64,000 bases of DNA, from positions 1 through 64,000 of IMG/VR virus record IMGVR_UViG_3300038361_000164, one strand, 5' to 3'. Each line of letters begins with the position of its first letter. The stretch's first letter is position 1. The notes under the pieces were generated by a model. It did not search any database. It was given only the letters and a program-made list of their open reading frames with translations, and was not told the DNA's origin. This document shows positions 38,928-51,240 of this stretch, one piece after another. Both the position numbers and the translations under genes were made by a program.

Positions 38928-39190
38928 TATCTAGCTCTTGGTCTTGGCACAAAAGCTTTGTCAACCCAAATGTCTCCGTACTCTCTGGCATCCTGCCATT
39001 CTTCAGGTGTATTAGGTTGTGCAATCATTACTCCAGAGCATGACATGAACAAAGTAATGGGTTTCATTCCTTTGAGAGTTTGCTTTCTAACCTGTAGTTG
39101 CGCTGGTGTTAGATTCTTCTCTAACTTTTCTTGTTTTTGAATTTCCTCAAAATCGGGTTTTCCAAGTCTAAAGGAATCTTTTCTAATCAT
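38927..39190 (-). CDS. Hypothetical protein (87 aa)
   Basis: SD AGGTAGG upstream and TAATG coupling downstream. Confidence 0.65.
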   Translation of the reverse strand: MIRKDSFRLGKPDFEEIQKQEKLEKNLTPAQLQVRKQTLKGMKPITLFMSCSGVMIAQPNTPEEWQDAREYGDIWVDKAFVPRPRAR

Positions 39191-39212
39191 AGGGAATTAC
39201 CTACCTTTTCTT

Positions 39213-39794
39213 TTATTTTAGTTTGTTCTTGCAGATAAGTATACCATTTAAGTGATCCATCTCATGTTGCACTATAAACGGAGCTATACTTGCGGCTGCG
39301 TAAAATTTAATTGTTTTAGGTTCTTTAGAATCAAGTTCGTAGTAAGTTAAAACTACGTTCGATCTTCTAATTACTTTGTATGTTTGACCAGGAAGACTTA
39401 AACAGCCTTCCATTCTCTTCACCTTTTTACCAGATAATATAATTGTTGCATTTATTATTATTTTCCAACCCCAATGTATTTGCTTATCTGAAAATGTTGG
39501 CCATCGCATTAAGAAAATTGATGGACATGATTCTTCTGGCTTATCCCAAATTTGAGGAGCTGCAAGACCAATTGCGTTAATATTGCCTTTGTCATCTTTT
39601 AGAGAAGTTGCCGTGTCTATGAGATTTTCACATAATTCGATTATGTCGTCTGGCCAAGCATATTTTTGCTTGTCGTCATCAGCAGTTGTTAATGCTCCGG
39701 TCAACAATCCCGCAGGTACGCAAGGACTTGTTTTTTCGATTAACATTACTGCCTCTGGATTATCGTCTGTGAACGTGTTTATTTTTTTATTCAT
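39213..39794 (-). CDS. def: Peptide deformylase
   Basis: IGLAAPQI, EGCLS, QHEMDHLNG. Confidence 0.93.
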   Translation of the reverse strand: MNKKINTFTDDNPEAVMLIEKTSPCVPAGLLTGALTTADDDKQKYAWPDDIIELCENLIDTATSLKDDKGNINAIGLAAPQIWDKPEESCPSIFLMRWPTFSDKQIHWGWKIIINATIILSGKKVKRMEGCLSLPGQTYKVIRRSNVVLTYYELDSKEPKTIKFYAAASIAPFIVQHEMDHLNGILICKNKLK

Positions 39795-41176
39795 TAATCT
39801 TCCTTTACGATGTTTTTAAAAATTCTTTTTCTTCTATAATATTGGGTATGTAATAACTCTACTTTGGGATCATAAAAATCAACCAGTTTAGAGAAAGTTT
39901 TACCCTCTGCTGGGCGCATTATGCGGCCGGATGTTTGCGTTAGTTTTACTTTAGACACTATGGGTGCACATAACATTCCTATTTCTAGGTGTGGTACATC
40001 TATGCCTTTACTGAAAAGCCCATATGTGGATATCATAATTTTAACCTTTTTGTTTAAAATTTGTTCCATGGCCGCTTTTCTTTGTTTTTTTGGCATTTTC
40101 GAAAGCATAAAAACTGCACGTTCTGGTCCTAATTGTTCATAAAAATAATGTACCTGACTACGTCTAGCACAAAGCATTACTACAAAATTATCTGCGTAGT
40201 CTTCATTTAAGGTCTTTAATATTAGCGTGTTACGATCTTCATCGATAGCCATATCGCTTAATAAATCTTGGTACTCTTGAGTCGTCATCAAAGGATACCA
40301 GTAAGACGTTTTAATATATTCAATGCTAGGTTTTATTAAATGCTCTTTTAATGCTTCGGGAGGCACTTTATGTATATGAGGGCCTGTAGACCAGAAAATA
40401 GCTTTAGTAAGCCCATCCTCTCTTTCGGGCGTAGCGCTAAATCCAAATTTATATTTAGCCGCTAAATGTGTCATAGTTTTATAATAAGTGTTTGCAGGGC
40501 AGATGTGAACCTCGTCTGCTATAATCATTCCAAATGTTTTGCTTAATAAGCTAAACAACTCGTCATTCATTTTAGCCATACTTTGGTGTAAAGCAATTGT
40601 AACTGGCTTTAAATTGAGAACACCGTCCCCAATTAATCCTATTTGCTCTTCTTTTATGTTAGTAAATTTGAGAAAAGCCTTTTTTGTTTGAGTTGCCAAT
40701 TCGATGGTATCTACTAAAATTAGAGTAGCTTCTTTCTTTTTAAGAGTTAGAGCTACAAAGGTTATGGTTTTACCAGAGCCAGTCATTGCTTCAATTACTC
40801 CGACAGTTTTTGGTTCACAGGCGTTTACTATATTTTGTTGATAGTCTCGTAAAGTTCCTGTAAACTTTAAAGTTGAAAAATAGGAGGTTTGCATATTGCT
40901 AACACGTTTATCTATTATATCTTCTTTTCTAATAAATACCTTATGAGCTTTTGCAAGTTCTAAAACCGTAGGCAGCGCTCCAATAGGTATTTCAATTCCA
41001 GTTTCCGTTGTTTTCTTATAATAAGTTAAGACAGGCGCAATGTTCCAAAGACTTAGCCCTAGATTTTCTTTCATTTTCAATAAAGGGTTAGAAATGGTCA
41101 ACTCTGTCTTAACCGCTTCCTCAAGTTCTGGCGATAAGCCAGTTAAAAAAGCTGTATTTGATAAATAAATAATCAT
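39794..41176 (-). CDS. Superfamily 2 DEAD/H helicase (UvsW/XPB-like)
   Basis: LRDYQ, AMTGSGKT, IIADEVH, FSATPER, KGIDVPHL, QTSGRIMR. Confidence 0.92.
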   Translation of the reverse strand: MIIYLSNTAFLTGLSPELEEAVKTELTISNPLLKMKENLGLSLWNIAPVLTYYKKTTETGIEIPIGALPTVLELAKAHKVFIRKEDIIDKRVSNMQTSYFSTLKFTGTLRDYQQNIVNACEPKTVGVIEAMTGSGKTITFVALTLKKKEATLILVDTIELATQTKKAFLKFTNIKEEQIGLIGDGVLNLKPVTIALHQSMAKMNDELFSLLSKTFGMIIADEVHICPANTYYKTMTHLAAKYKFGFSATPEREDGLTKAIFWSTGPHIHKVPPEALKEHLIKPSIEYIKTSYWYPLMTTQEYQDLLSDMAIDEDRNTLILKTLNEDYADNFVVMLCARRSQVHYFYEQLGPERAVFMLSKMPKKQRKAAMEQILNKKVKIMISTYGLFSKGIDVPHLEIGMLCAPIVSKVKLTQTSGRIMRPAEGKTFSKLVDFYDPKVELLHTQYYRRKRIFKNIVKED

Positions 41177-41196
41177 ATTAAGTCTGGTTATTCTAA

Positions 41197-41228
41197 TGTT
41201 CTTATACCAAAATATATAAATATTGCTA
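41197..41228 (-). promoter_or_regulatory. Putative extended -10 promoter for the leftward (early) block (copy 2)
   Basis: TAGCAA-N16-TATAAG with the same 15-mer and spacing as 15801-15832. Confidence 0.55.
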
Positions 41229-41234
41229 TTGAAC

Positions 41235-41262
41235 TTGTCTCCGAAAAAAGCTATATTATAAC
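41235..41262 (+). promoter_or_regulatory. Putative sigma70-type promoter for the rightward tail block
   Basis: TTGTCT-N16-TATAAC in the divergent gap. SD AAGGA before ATG 41296. Confidence 0.4.
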
Positions 41263-41295
41263 ATAACTATTTTATTAATTAACCAAGGAATTTTA

Positions 41296-41742
41296 ATGGA
41301 AAAACGAATAGAAGAAATCTTAGAAGAAGTATTCAACACAGGAGTGGCTACAAAAACCTTTGATTTAATACCGGATAAGCTATCCGTCACTGTAGTTACG
41401 ATTAACTCAGAGGATCAGCTTGCTCTTGAAAAGGCGATACCCGAAGAAACGGGCGGTCAATGGTATATGATTCATAAATACAGCCGTAACATGTTGAAAT
41501 ACACTGTTAAAAAGTACGGGACAAAAACATTTGGAACTGCTGACGCGGCTGAAGACTTTCTTAAAACCCTTTCTGGAAGTATATTAGACAGGCTTATAAA
41601 AGAACAAAGTGCTTTAGAAAAAGAATTACGAACAGCTCTAGGTTTGGAGAATGTAGAAGAACATTTTTTCGTAAAGGACGAACTCGAAACAGGCTCAGAG
41701 CAATCGTCCAAGGAGTCCAACTCGGCGAACCCGGAAGCCTAA
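41296..41742 (+). CDS. Tail assembly chaperone (G)
   Basis: Position upstream of the tape measure gene; contains a slippery heptamer near its 3' end. Confidence 0.75.
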   Translation: MEKRIEEILEEVFNTGVATKTFDLIPDKLSVTVVTINSEDQLALEKAIPEETGGQWYMIHKYSRNMLKYTVKKYGTKTFGTADAAEDFLKTLSGSILDRLIKEQSALEKELRTALGLENVEEHFFVKDELETGSEQSSKESNSANPEA

Positions 41743-42101
41743 GAGAAGCAGTTTTATTAAGATATTCTGAAGAAGAAAATAATGCCAGATATTTAGAAAC
41801 GTTAATAAATCTTTTTGGGATCATGTCCCAGAGAGGGGAAGAACCTGATACTGAATATTTAGAAAAGTTATTAGAACAGTATCAAACAATAATGTTAGGA
41901 AAATCTGAATCCAAAACAGATAAAATAGAATCTAAAAAGGAATCTGCTGATGCAAATCTTTTAACTGATTTTAAAGGTTTTCAAGAGAATATTAAAGGTA
42001 AGACCTTTTCCTTTAAAAAACTAAAAGATACTGTAGGGAAAAAAGAATTTGATTCCACAGATATTCGAAAACTATCAGAAAAGTATTTAGGAGATAAATA
42101 A
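41296..42101 (+). CDS. Tail assembly chaperone G-T fusion via -1 frameshift at T TTT TTC (41664-41670)
   Basis: The -1 frame is open from the heptamer to TAA 42101, with no ATG until 41823. Confidence 0.75.
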
Positions 42102-45100
42102 TGCCACCTAATCCACAAGAAACATTAACCTATAAGGTACAGCTTGACACAAGTGATTTACCTGAACAGCTGCAAAGAGCCAGACAAGAAATTGACAGCG
42201 CTGTTGGTGCCGTTACAGGCTCTCAAGGTGGATTTAATCCAGGAGAACTGTTAGGTAACTTAAACTCTTCGTTAGGTAACGCTGCGTCTAGTGTTGGGCA
42301 AGTAATAGATCAAGCACAGCTTGGTTATGCTAAAGCCCGCGAAGATTTAGCTGGATTGGGATTTTTAAATCCAACCACTCCAGATTTTCAACTTTCCCCA
42401 AATTATCAACGTCATAACTTACCGACAAATACAGGAGCTGCACTTGCCGGCATGTTTGGTGCTGGATATGATCTATCTAATCCTCTTACAAGAATGGACT
42501 ACAGAAGACAATCTGCTAAACATTTCTCAGAGCAAATGGGAGAATCTGTTGCTAATAATCAATTTGGAATTTTGTCTGCAGCAATAGGTTTCGGAGTAGC
42601 GGGTCCGGCGGGATTACTAGCGGCGGGCGTAGGAATGGGGGCCGATGTACTCACTCAAATTCTTGCTAAGGATGCTATAGACAGTAAAGAATACGCTAGA
42701 GATTTAGCAGGATTTGCTACCGCAGGTGGATTTAGTTCAGATAGTTCTGCGTTTAGAGATTTGGCACTTGAAGTTGTTCAGGCACCAAGAAACTTTGACA
42801 ACTTAGCAACCGGCTATACAGGTGAAATGATGCAAGCCAACATAGGGGCTTTTGCTTCTGGAGGTGGATTTCAAGGAGTTGGTAGTGTGGAAGAAATGTC
42901 CACTAAAATAAGAAAGGTATTAGATACCACAAATCAAGTAGCCAAACAGCTTGGAATCTTCCAAGAAGAGGCCGCAAAGATAATGGGAGAGCTAGAACAA
43001 AAAGGAGTTAGCTCTTTAAATAACGTTACTAGCTTTACCGCAAATATGCAAGTAATGGGCGGGCTTGCTGGTATGACTGGTACAGAATTAATTGGTATGG
43101 GCATGCAAGGAATGCAGGCTGCGGCCGGTACTGGAATGGGAGCTGCTGCAGGCTTTAACATTGCAGCTGCCGCAACAGTGGAAGCTGGCATGCTAAGTAG
43201 AGGAAACGCGGCTCAGCGTAGTATGGTTTTTGACATGGGTGGCGTAACAAACACAGCTAATTTTCTTACAAACAATGCTTTAAATTATGGGGAATCTTCT
43301 GCAGGATTTCTTCAAGCAGCAAATATAGCAGGAGGCGGCTCATACACTGGAGATCTTAATCAACTATACACAAACGCAGCTTCTTATTTGGGCCAAGATC
43401 CACAGAATTATTATAAACTAAGTGCTAATCAGGGAAGTATTATTGGTGGTCTATCTCCCACAGAAATAGGCGGAGCAGATTATGATAAAGCTGTAAGTAT
43501 TGCAGACACACTTAGCCCAGGGCCTCATGATTCAGATACGATAGTTGGTATTTTAATGAGAAATTTGGGACATAGCGGTGCTGCTGCGAGACTTTTAGTG
43601 CAACAACAATCTTCTGGAGGAGGAGCGGCTCTGTTAGGACATATGAAAACAGCTAACTTAGCCTACCAAACACAAGCAGAGATGGAACCTGGAATAGTTG
43701 GATCAATTGGGGCAGGCATATCGTTAAGTGCAAATTATTTAACGAATCCATTCAGACAAATTGGCGGAGGGTTGTGAGAAGGCACTAGTTCTTTTATTTC
43801 AAATATTGCAGAAAAAACAGGAGACTTTTTTACAGGCAAAACTAGAGTCTCTGGAGAACTTACTAATCCAGAACAAAACGCCCGAATTTCAAAGCTAATT
43901 GATCAGGGTATTTCGGAATACGGCGGAGGATTAGATCGTTGAGAAAATTATGCAATGAACGCAGGACTGCGATCCAACAAAAACGCTCCAAAAATGTATA
44001 ATCAAGAATTATTCGAATCAAATGTTAGAGTAGGAAGGCGGCTTAGTGGGGCAGACAAACTTGATTTGTCCTCTGACGAATATACGAGCTCACTGCTAGA
44101 CTATGGTCGTAAAAGCATAAATTGAGACGAAATTATAAGTAATAAAGAATTCGAAACAGCTGAAGAATTATATGATACAGTTTCAGAGGGTAGGTATGGT
44201 GTATATTTTAGTGACTTAAATGATTATCAAGTAAAAATAATTGATTCGGAATTAAGAGGCAATACTTCTTTAAGTGAAAGATTGTATCGCATTAGCATTG
44301 AAAGTAACACATCTTTGATGGACCCTAGAAATGATTATATCTCGAAGAAATATATAGAAGACGGTATGCCAGCAATTAGCGTGAGTAAGGCAGATTTTGT
44401 TAAAGATAGGGATGCAAAATTTAAAAAATGAAGAGATTTCAATGGAAGAAGACTTTCTGGGGATTACACTGACGAAGTTAAAGGCGCTTATGCGGAAATA
44501 GCTAAGGGTTATGAAAAAGTAAGTGGCGAGCAAACATTTGATGAGTATGAAAAATGGATGATTCATATGTCAAAGAGATTTGCTGGAGGAGATCAGGAGT
44601 TTGTGTATGCACAAGCATTCGGGGCTCTTAGAAAGTCCTTAAATCGCTATGAACTGGACGATATGCCTGTAGATGCTGATTTTGAACAGGCAAATACTAT
44701 ATTACAAGAATCTGCTAAATTTATAGGCAGACATCTACCAGAATGGATGCACGGAGATAGATTAAAAATACTTATGAACGAAACAGCTCACGACATGCAA
44801 GCTTCTTTAGGTTCTGGAAAAGATCTTGTATATAAAACTTTAAGCTCTAAAGGACGCGCTAATTTCGCGGATATGTTCGACAATGAAGAAATGACTGTTG
44901 ACAATCTGTTCGATGAATACGCACTTATGGAAGAGCGTAAACGAAAGATCGTGAGAAACGCACTGTCAGAAACTTCCGAAGGCGTGGCACTTGCTAATAG
45001 TTTAGTAACATCTAATGATGACGGACAAGATTCTTTACGAGCATTACAAATTTTAGCTAGCGCTGTAGATATTGACGCTAGAGCATTGAGAACTATAAAA

Positions 45101-45106
45101 CAATAA
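42101..45106 (+). CDS. Tape measure protein, 1001 aa (4 TGA=Trp)
   Basis: Ala/Gly-rich helical sequence after the chaperone. ORFs 42101..43777 and 44558..45106 join in frame. Confidence 0.85.
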
Positions 45107-45108
45107 CA

Positions 45109-47283
45109 ATGGACTTTAAAAAACCACTCATCAATGATTATACAGATTTTGAACTGTATTTAGAGGGAATAAAAATTCCCTTTAGTTCAGTAACTATACA
45201 TGAATCGGAATCGGCTCCTCCTAGTCTTTCTATAAGGCTTCCGGCTAAATCTGGGGCATTAAAAATATTAGCTAAAACAGTTGTACATTTATATGGTCCG
45301 GCGCCCAATCCTTTTACTGGAATTAAAGAAAAAATACTTTTATTTGAAGGAGAGGTAAGTGGATTTGGATACGATACAACTTCTAACAGTTCTTCTATTT
45401 CTTTGCGTTGTCAAAGTTTATTAGCTTCTATTTATAAAGCAAAAGCCTGACCAAACGATGCGATAGTGCTTAATTCTTTTAGAAGTGCGGCTGGAGACAC
45501 GCAAGCCTTTATTTTAAAAGATGTCGACACTGTGGCGGCACAGACCATTAATAAAAATGTCGATGAAACAAAAGCATTGGAAAATACTGTGTCAACCGTA
45601 ACGAACTCTGAAAATTTATCAAACTTGTTTGGATTTACTGATATGTTATTGAAACAGTTATCAGAAGACTCTCCCGCCGAAGCTGGAGATTTTCAACAAT
45701 TTCTTAATTCCATTTTTAAATATTTTGAATTACGAGATACTTCTTTTGGAGTAAATTCTCGTTCTTACAAACTTATGGATTCTGTTGTGGCATTTCCAAA
45801 TCCAAATCCGGCCAGTGCTTTTCAATTAAGTTTACTTAGAGAAATAGTAAATAGAAGCGATTTTGAACCAACGAATAGACAACTATATTTGATTCAAGGC
45901 ATAATGAAATTATTGACAACTATACATTATAAAGTAATTATGCCTTCTACGTTTACTAGCGTTCCACAATCTTTTTCTGACAATGGAGGAAAAATAGGTC
46001 CTCTTCGTATGTTGCTTTTACCAAAAATGGATAATGCTCCTCCAGCACTTTGTAATGTGTTTTTTGATGAGCAGATAAAAAGCGTAGGATATTCAAGAGA
46101 CATTGATAGAGAGCCAACACGTGTGATCGGTTCTATGGAATTTAATTTACCTGGGATAAACAAAGATGGAGGAAAAGAACAGTTATACTCTCCATATACA
46201 GTTATTCCTTCTGTAACTGCACTAGATGGGGGATATACTAATTACACAGCCGAAGAAATGTATAGAGGAATACATTCTGAAATACTACAAGTACCTGGAT
46301 ACTTTATTACTGCCTTGGAAAATGAATTAATAACAAAAGAAGATTTAAAACCAGGACAAGACACTTATAAGCTTATTACGGAATTTACCACTAGAGAATA
46401 TTTAAAACGTAGGTTTTCTGGTAGACAGCTTTCTGTATCTTGTGAGTGATCTCCATATCGAATGATAGGTTTTCCTGGAGTTGTGTTAACAAAAGATCTT
46501 TCTATAACTGCAATTATTTCTTCCATAACTACTACTATAGATTCTAAGGGATCTATTTCATCCTCTATTGCTTTCAATAATCCAAGACCAATATTTGATC
46601 AAGAAGAAAACAATTTATTTTTACAAAAAGGTGCTGGGGACGAACTTATAAACCATTATAGTGTAGATTCATATTCTGGACTAGATGGTGTTTTATACAA
46701 TCCAGATCTTTATAGATTTGATAAGATTGGTATGGATATTTATGCTTATGCTTTGCTTGGTCAGGGCTGTAAAAGAGAAGAATTTTTAACTTTTAAAGAT
46801 TCTCTTCTAAAAACTCACCCAGCTTTAACAAATTTATCAAGCGATAAAGCCCGTCGATTGGATCAGTCAATTCTTAATCTCATACGAAATCAAGAAACTG
46901 AAGCTTTTCAGCTTTCAAATACCGCAACGATCGGACATGAGTATAATTATTTAATCTATAAATCTATTCATAAACTAAGAATTTTAAATAAACAATCTGA
47001 TATACAAAGAACACAGTTGTTGGTTAACTGGAGAAATTTACTTACTAAAAAAGAATATGAAAATTATTTATCCATAACTGGTACTATCTCTGATTACAAA
47101 AAACCTTCGGAGATATTTACCAATACTGAAGATGTTCAAAAGGCAATCCAAAGTGACATAGATAAAGAATCTCTTGATACAGATATTTTTAAACCGTATA
47201 ATTTAACTAGATACCTTCACGTCAAAGAGGCGATGAAGGGTTTCATAGCAGAACAAAACACTAAATCTATAGGAGTAATTTAA
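45109..47283 (+). CDS. Probable baseplate hub/tail-tip protein, 724 aa (2 TGA=Trp)
   Basis: Three in-frame ORFs are separated only by TGA. LYLEGIKIP and LLFEGEV at the N-terminus. Function inferred from position. Confidence 0.7.
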
Positions 47284-48443
47284 TGATAGATTTTTCATAT
47301 CCAACTTCTAATAGTTCCACCTCTCCGAGTGCTAAGGCTGAACATATAAAAAACGGCGGCTCCATGACTAATGATTTTCCAGATGTAGATTATACTTTAA
47401 GATTGTTAGGAAATACTAATCTTCCAGAATTAAAACCAAAAACAGGACCTTCGGATTTAGAGGAAATTATTAACGATAGTACAGAAGCTGGGGCCACTAT
47501 TATGGTGTTGGGCGATTCTGGGGAAATTACACATAGAACTAATAAATTTTATTTAACAGGTTTTAACTATTCCTTCAAAGAAAAGGCACAGGTTACAGAA
47601 ACTTTAAATGCACCGGTTCTTTCTTTCTTCGATGACAGTGTAAAAATCTATAATTTTCAAGGAAGTGTAGTAGACTACGCAAGTCAAGATGCTTTCTTTC
47701 CTGGTAAATATTATCATGCAAGTAGTTTAACAAAACTATACAACGATGTAATACGTGGTACAAAACTTGTACAAAATAAACGAATTGCAATCATGAGAAT
47801 TGCTAATCATTTAATATATGGTTATCCTTTAAATTTTCAATTACAGCACAACGCTAGTAGAGATAAATTGGCAAGCTTTTCTATGGCTTGAGTAGTCGCA
47901 ACACATACCTTAAGTTTGGCAGGTGTGGTGACTGAAAAAGACTTAGAAAGCATGTACATACCTGCATTATCAGACGATCCAATTATTACAAAATACTTTA
48001 GAAGCATGAACGAGGTAATAGAGTCTATTGATAATTTATTAAACTTTAGTAAATGAAATGAATCTTTAGCGTATTTAGGTAGATTAAGTACCGTAAGCCC
48101 AAGTCAACTACAGTTGGAATTATCGTCTGAAGTGACTACCTTTGTTCCTAGTGATATAGAAATTAAAATAGAAACAGCAAGGCAAGTGATTGGCAGTAGA
48201 ATTGGAATAGCCCCAGATTCAGATGGTACAGAGATTTCCCCTGTAATTTATAAATATTTCACAGGTGGTACTTCTGATTTAGATAGTTTTTTTGGAGATA
48301 TGAGCACTAGGTGGGAACAGTATACTACTAACGCTAGTTCTATTGCAAGTGATGAAGCCTTTTCAAAATTTCAAGGACAAACTGTTTTGCTTGAAAACAT
48401 TAGAATAGAATTAGAAATCATTAAAAGACAATATCAGGTGTAA
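47283..48443 (+). CDS. Virion (tube-initiation/baseplate-like) protein, 386 aa (2 TGA=Trp)
   Basis: Joins ORFs 47283..47891 and 48114..48443. Contains FYLTGFNYSFKEKAQV and KIYNFQG. Confidence 0.65.
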
Positions 48444-48445
48444 CT

Positions 48446-49168
48446 ATGGGTAGAAAAGAGCAAGAATTAAGATTATTTGAACTATATAGAGATGGGGACC
48501 AGGAAGCAAAAAAGGAACTTTTAAGTTCTTTGAAGCCACTAATAAGAAGTCAGGCGCAGAGATTTGCTGGATCAGGATTGCCTCAAGTAGCTGTTGAATT
48601 AGAAGGAGTAAGACTGGCCTCAGAGGCAATAGACACTTACAATCCTAAACAGTTTAACACTCAATTAAATACGCATGTAGTTAATCGTTTAAAAAAACTA
48701 AGCAGATTTGTGACTAACTATCAAAACATAGGACACATCCCTGAACCACGAGCTTTAATGATTGGAAAATATCATAATATATTTGAAAACTTAGAAGCTG
48801 ACAAAGGTCGAGAACCTACACAAGCAGAGCTCTCTGATGCCCTTCATGTTAGTATTGCTGAGATAGAGCGTTTGCAATCAGAACTTCGAAAAGATTTATC
48901 AATGACTGTCGAGGATGATTCTGATGCTGGAGGTTTCTACTTCTATTCAGATACTACTACAGCAGACCCAAAACTATTACAGGCTTTAGAATTTGTTTAT
49001 TTTGATGCAGATAATATTGATAAAAAAATATTAGAATATACGTTTGGAATGGGAAACACTCCAAAACTATTATCTGGACAAATTATATCAAAACTAAGAA
49101 TAAGTGGAAATGAGCTGAGAACTAGAAAAGCGGCCTTAGGAAAAGAAATTAAACAACTAATAAAATAA
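48446..49168 (+). CDS. Alternative sigma-70 family factor (FliA/SigB-like) within the tail module
   Basis: GDQEAKKELLSSLKPLIRSQA (region 2), AIDTYNP, GREPTQAELSDALHVSIAEIERL (region 3), and a C-terminal HTH-like end. Confidence 0.8.
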   Translation: MGRKEQELRLFELYRDGDQEAKKELLSSLKPLIRSQAQRFAGSGLPQVAVELEGVRLASEAIDTYNPKQFNTQLNTHVVNRLKKLSRFVTNYQNIGHIPEPRALMIGKYHNIFENLEADKGREPTQAELSDALHVSIAEIERLQSELRKDLSMTVEDDSDAGGFYFYSDTTTADPKLLQALEFVYFDADNIDKKILEYTFGMGNTPKLLSGQIISKLRISGNELRTRKAALGKEIKQLIK

Positions 49169-51240
49169 TGCCTACCTTAGATCAAACATATACTACCGTA
49201 AAAACAGCACTTGGTTTAACCTCTGAAAGTTCGTGTGAATATTCAGAAATATTACAATCTATACGAGAACAAACCAAAGATCTAGCAGATGAAACAAAAG
49301 AAGCTGTAGACCTTATTTCAGCCAAATCTATGGGAAATTTTCTTGGCGTATTTGGCGTACTAATGAGTGATTTGTTTTCAGGAGCCGGCAACGCAATGGT
49401 AGAACTTACTGTTGATAAAATGTTATTTGAAAATGTTCTATCCGCCACCGTGGCAGCAGTTACTATGGCAATTACAGCTATACCTAGTTTCGAGATCATC
49501 TTAATTTATTTAGCTGCAAAACAACTAAGTGTTTCTTTAACACAGCGTATACAATTATCAGAAATTTTAGTTCGAGAGTTGGGATATTTACTGGCATTTA
49601 TGGATGCTTTAGGAGATTTATTTGATTCAGATTTTAGAGATATTGCTTTTCCTGAAATAACTAAAAGTCTGGGACATGTTAAAACAGCAAGTAGATTAGT
49701 AGCTTCTGAATATATAAAAACAGTTTCTAATGATACCACTGAAAAGCTGTCTTTAAATGTTTCTAATCTAGACATAGCGAAGAATGAAATAAATTTAGCA
49801 ATTGATGACCTTACTGGTGGAAATTATTCAGTATTTTCCAACGAGTTAGTTAAAATTCACAATGAGTATGGTTTAGAGATTCCAACTATTACTAACAGCT
49901 TGGCCACGAGTTCTAACTTTTTTGAAGGCTTGTCCGATTATATGACTGGATTAAAAACAGCGATTAAAGATAAATATTACGGAGACAATTTTAAAGAAAA
50001 TAGACAAACAATTGTGACGGGGCTATTGCGTAAAGTATTTAATGTGTTCCCAGAATTTATTAGACTTGTTTTATTAAAGGAAATTGTTTCAGAATCTACG
50101 GATATTTTAATTAAAAAATTCCCAGTATGGCTTTCTTTAAATGCATCGAATAGGGAGGAGATCAATAAAAGACTCAAAATACCAGACACAATTATTGATA
50201 ATATCTTTCCAGAAATTAGAACAAAAAATGTAGATCCATTCTTTACTGATAACAAAACTAAAGATTTAACTTGGTTAGTATTAATGATGGCTGGGAAAAC
50301 AGCAGAGGCGGCACTATTGCTATTTCCTACTAATTGGGAATTTTTAAACGCAGCAGCCGGCATTGGGAGATCGATTCTTTGACCTGCACACCTTAACTTA
50401 TTAAAAGTAAAAAACACGATGCAGACTTTTATCGCTACGGAAGAGGATAAAAGCTTTTTAGATATTCAAGGTCACAAAGTTTCTTGAAACACAGACTTAG
50501 TAGGTGCTAGAAATTTATTAAATCTTATTATAGGCGATCAACAGCTTTCTGTTACTATTGGTGGAACAGCTTACGAGTTTAATCCAACCGCAACTTTGTC
50601 AAGTTTTAGTCAAGCCACTCTTGCTTTGGATTCTTTGGAGAGCTATATTGTAGAAAAACACACAGCTCCAAAAGAGCCTGGTGATACAGCGTTTGAGTTA
50701 GCCCAACGTTTTTTAGGTCCTCTATCTTTTGATGTTGTAATACTTCTCACTCAATCACCATATTTCACAGCGGGAGTTCAATCTATACGAGTTGCTCTTA
50801 ACGAGCAGATAACTAAAGATGCCGAAGAACTTGTTTTGGCTAATAACTTAATACACAAAATAGAAGCTATTGCTTCGTTTCCAGCTTTGCGAAGAATTTT
50901 AGAAGAATTGTTGGAAGGGTTAGGAGATAAACTAAACATAGCTAATATTAATGAAACGCTAAAAAAGGGAGACTTATCTGGATTGGTTGACGTATTGGAC
51001 GACACTGCCAGAGCAACAGAAGGTATTGGTTTTATCAAATGTTTATCAGAAAAAGAAGGAGTGAATATCGCTTTTTTAGAGAATTGAGGAAAATTTTTTG
51101 GAATTAGCTTGGAAAAGGGCTATGGAATAGATAAATTAAAGGAATGGGTTTCTTATAAAGATAAAAGTTTAGCTGCGTTAAGTGATAAGTATCAAGTATT
51201 ACAATCAGCTGAAAAACAAGTAGAGGAGTTAATGGCATAA
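49168..51240 (+). CDS. Helical hypothetical virion protein, 690 aa (3 TGA=Trp)
   Basis: Joins ORFs 49168..50382 and 50596..51087. The terminal TAA overlaps ATG 51240. Confidence 0.7.
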
